DNA of 64,000 nt from NCBI GenBank assembly GCA_002633005.1, contig NMRA01000401.1:207827-271826 (forward strand), read 5' to 3'. This stretch comes from Phoronis australis. Its lineage: Eukaryota; Animalia; Phoronida. Below the pieces are notes generated by a model, which was given only the letters and a program-made list of their open reading frames with translations, did not search any database and was not told the DNA's origin. Made by a program: the position numbers and the translations under genes. The first letter of the stretch is position 1. The number at the start of each line of letters is the position of its first letter. Shown here piece by piece: positions 62,694 through 64,000 of this stretch.

Positions 62694-64000
62694 ACATTTC
62701 ATTCAAAGAAACCGAATAGACCCTCGAAATTTTTTGATGATTCAAGTAATTGTTAACAACATCTTGGCGAGGCACGTGTCACAGCCATAATGTCATGGCC
62801 CCTACCTAAGCAAATACGCAAATTATGGGTCTTGGCTGCGTAGTATTGAAACTGTTTCAATATAAATGCCTTTAGCGTTCATTAAAATGTTTATTTTCCG
62901 TATGAAATAAAAATGAAACATTTCGTCCTCGTTCTACATATCGAATTCAATATAAATTCAATGCCCTCTTAATTTCTCAATTAACATGATTCAGGGATAT
63001 TTAATATCATGAAATGACATTCGCGCGCAACAAGTGGTTTCATCTTACGATCACTGGTTCTGAGAGCATGCATTTCGCCGCGGGGACAGTTAGCAAAAAT
63101 CCTCTGCTCTAAGTGATGGGTAGACGGCAGTGTCGTATTTATGACCTGTTGTCATTGTCAGTAGATACTGCCGTGGTCACAGGTCATTACATTGAGAACT
63201 TTGCCACAAGGAGTGCGTGATGACATTTGAAGACCACGAATACCACGAGGCAACATCTAGGACTGTGGGAAACAAGCATTCGTACTGATGAATATCAACC
63301 CCAAAGAAATTCAAGCATCAGTCTCACAAAAGGTTGAAACTTTCGAACAACTAAAACAACGAAATTAGGGGATAATAAACCCGCGCCTTATTTCTCAGTG
63401 CTGAAAACCTACATTTGATGTAGGCCCCTCTACTGTCATAAATTGGGTCTCACATTGTTTCTAACACAGATTAGAAATTAGTTTCAAGATCAAAATTTTA
63501 AAGACTGGTGCACTACCATGAAAATACCCTACTCAAGTCTCACCACTGTCAATAAGCTGGGGTATGATTTGTTGCCCCCAAGGAGTGCCAACAGGCTGGG
63601 ATTGCTTCAGACAATGCCTAAAATAAGTTTCTTGTAACGCTGCAGTACGTCCGTATGTGACCTGCTCATTGGTCCGACAGGGAATTCTAAACGATTGTCA
63701 CCGACACGGATTCAAACAATGGATAGGAATGCGTTGCTTTACTTTGGATCTAGATGACAAAAACGCCTGTGACGAAAGTTGACGTTTTCAACACCAGCGG
63801 CTCTCAATTCTTCACTGGTTGAATGGTTTGCCCACCAACTTTTGTGAAACTCGTAGGCTACCTGTGTGTCATAAAAATAACAACTTTATTTAGGTATTCG
63901 AGTGTTAAAAATCTATATCAACTGTTACTATACTTCGTATCGAGCATTTCCGAAAGTGAACATTTGTGGCTCCTTCGGAAACGCCCATTTCCCGGAAGTA

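Noticed and set aside
1-64000. CRISPR arrays, operons, rRNA genes
   Set aside because: Spliceosomal gene structure throughout; no regularly spaced repeats or rRNA-like sequence seen

Overview
AT-rich, intron-rich eukaryotic (animal) genomic DNA. It looks like a draft assembly of a marine invertebrate, possibly a deuterostome (inference only), with N gaps and duplicated joins. Splicing by hand across GT-AG sites with consistent phases gives four protein genes. (1) The 5' three exons of a DDX19/Dbp5 DEAD-box helicase on the minus strand, running off the left edge. (2) Head-to-head with it, a complete 15-exon WDCP (C2orf44) orthologue on the plus strand, about 1287 aa, enlarged by one 2.37-kb acidic exon. 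(3) Tail-to-tail, a 3-exon ashwin (C2orf49) gene on the minus strand. (4) A 4-exon Hairy/E(spl) bHLH-WRPW gene on the minus strand with a degenerate Orange domain. Introns and intergenic DNA are full of non-autonomous DNA transposons/MITEs, Penelope-like relics and microsatellites. The most unusual signals are: a ~250-nt run of six hairpins in the last WDCP intron (candidate unannotated ncRNA); a palindromic tRNA-derived element whose empty arms also occur elsewhere; an inverted Penelope-type repeat carrying minimal hammerhead motifs whose spacer is flipped between two copies; and a TIR transposon family carrying a decayed HIRAN domain. All protein identities come from remembered family motifs, not from database searches.
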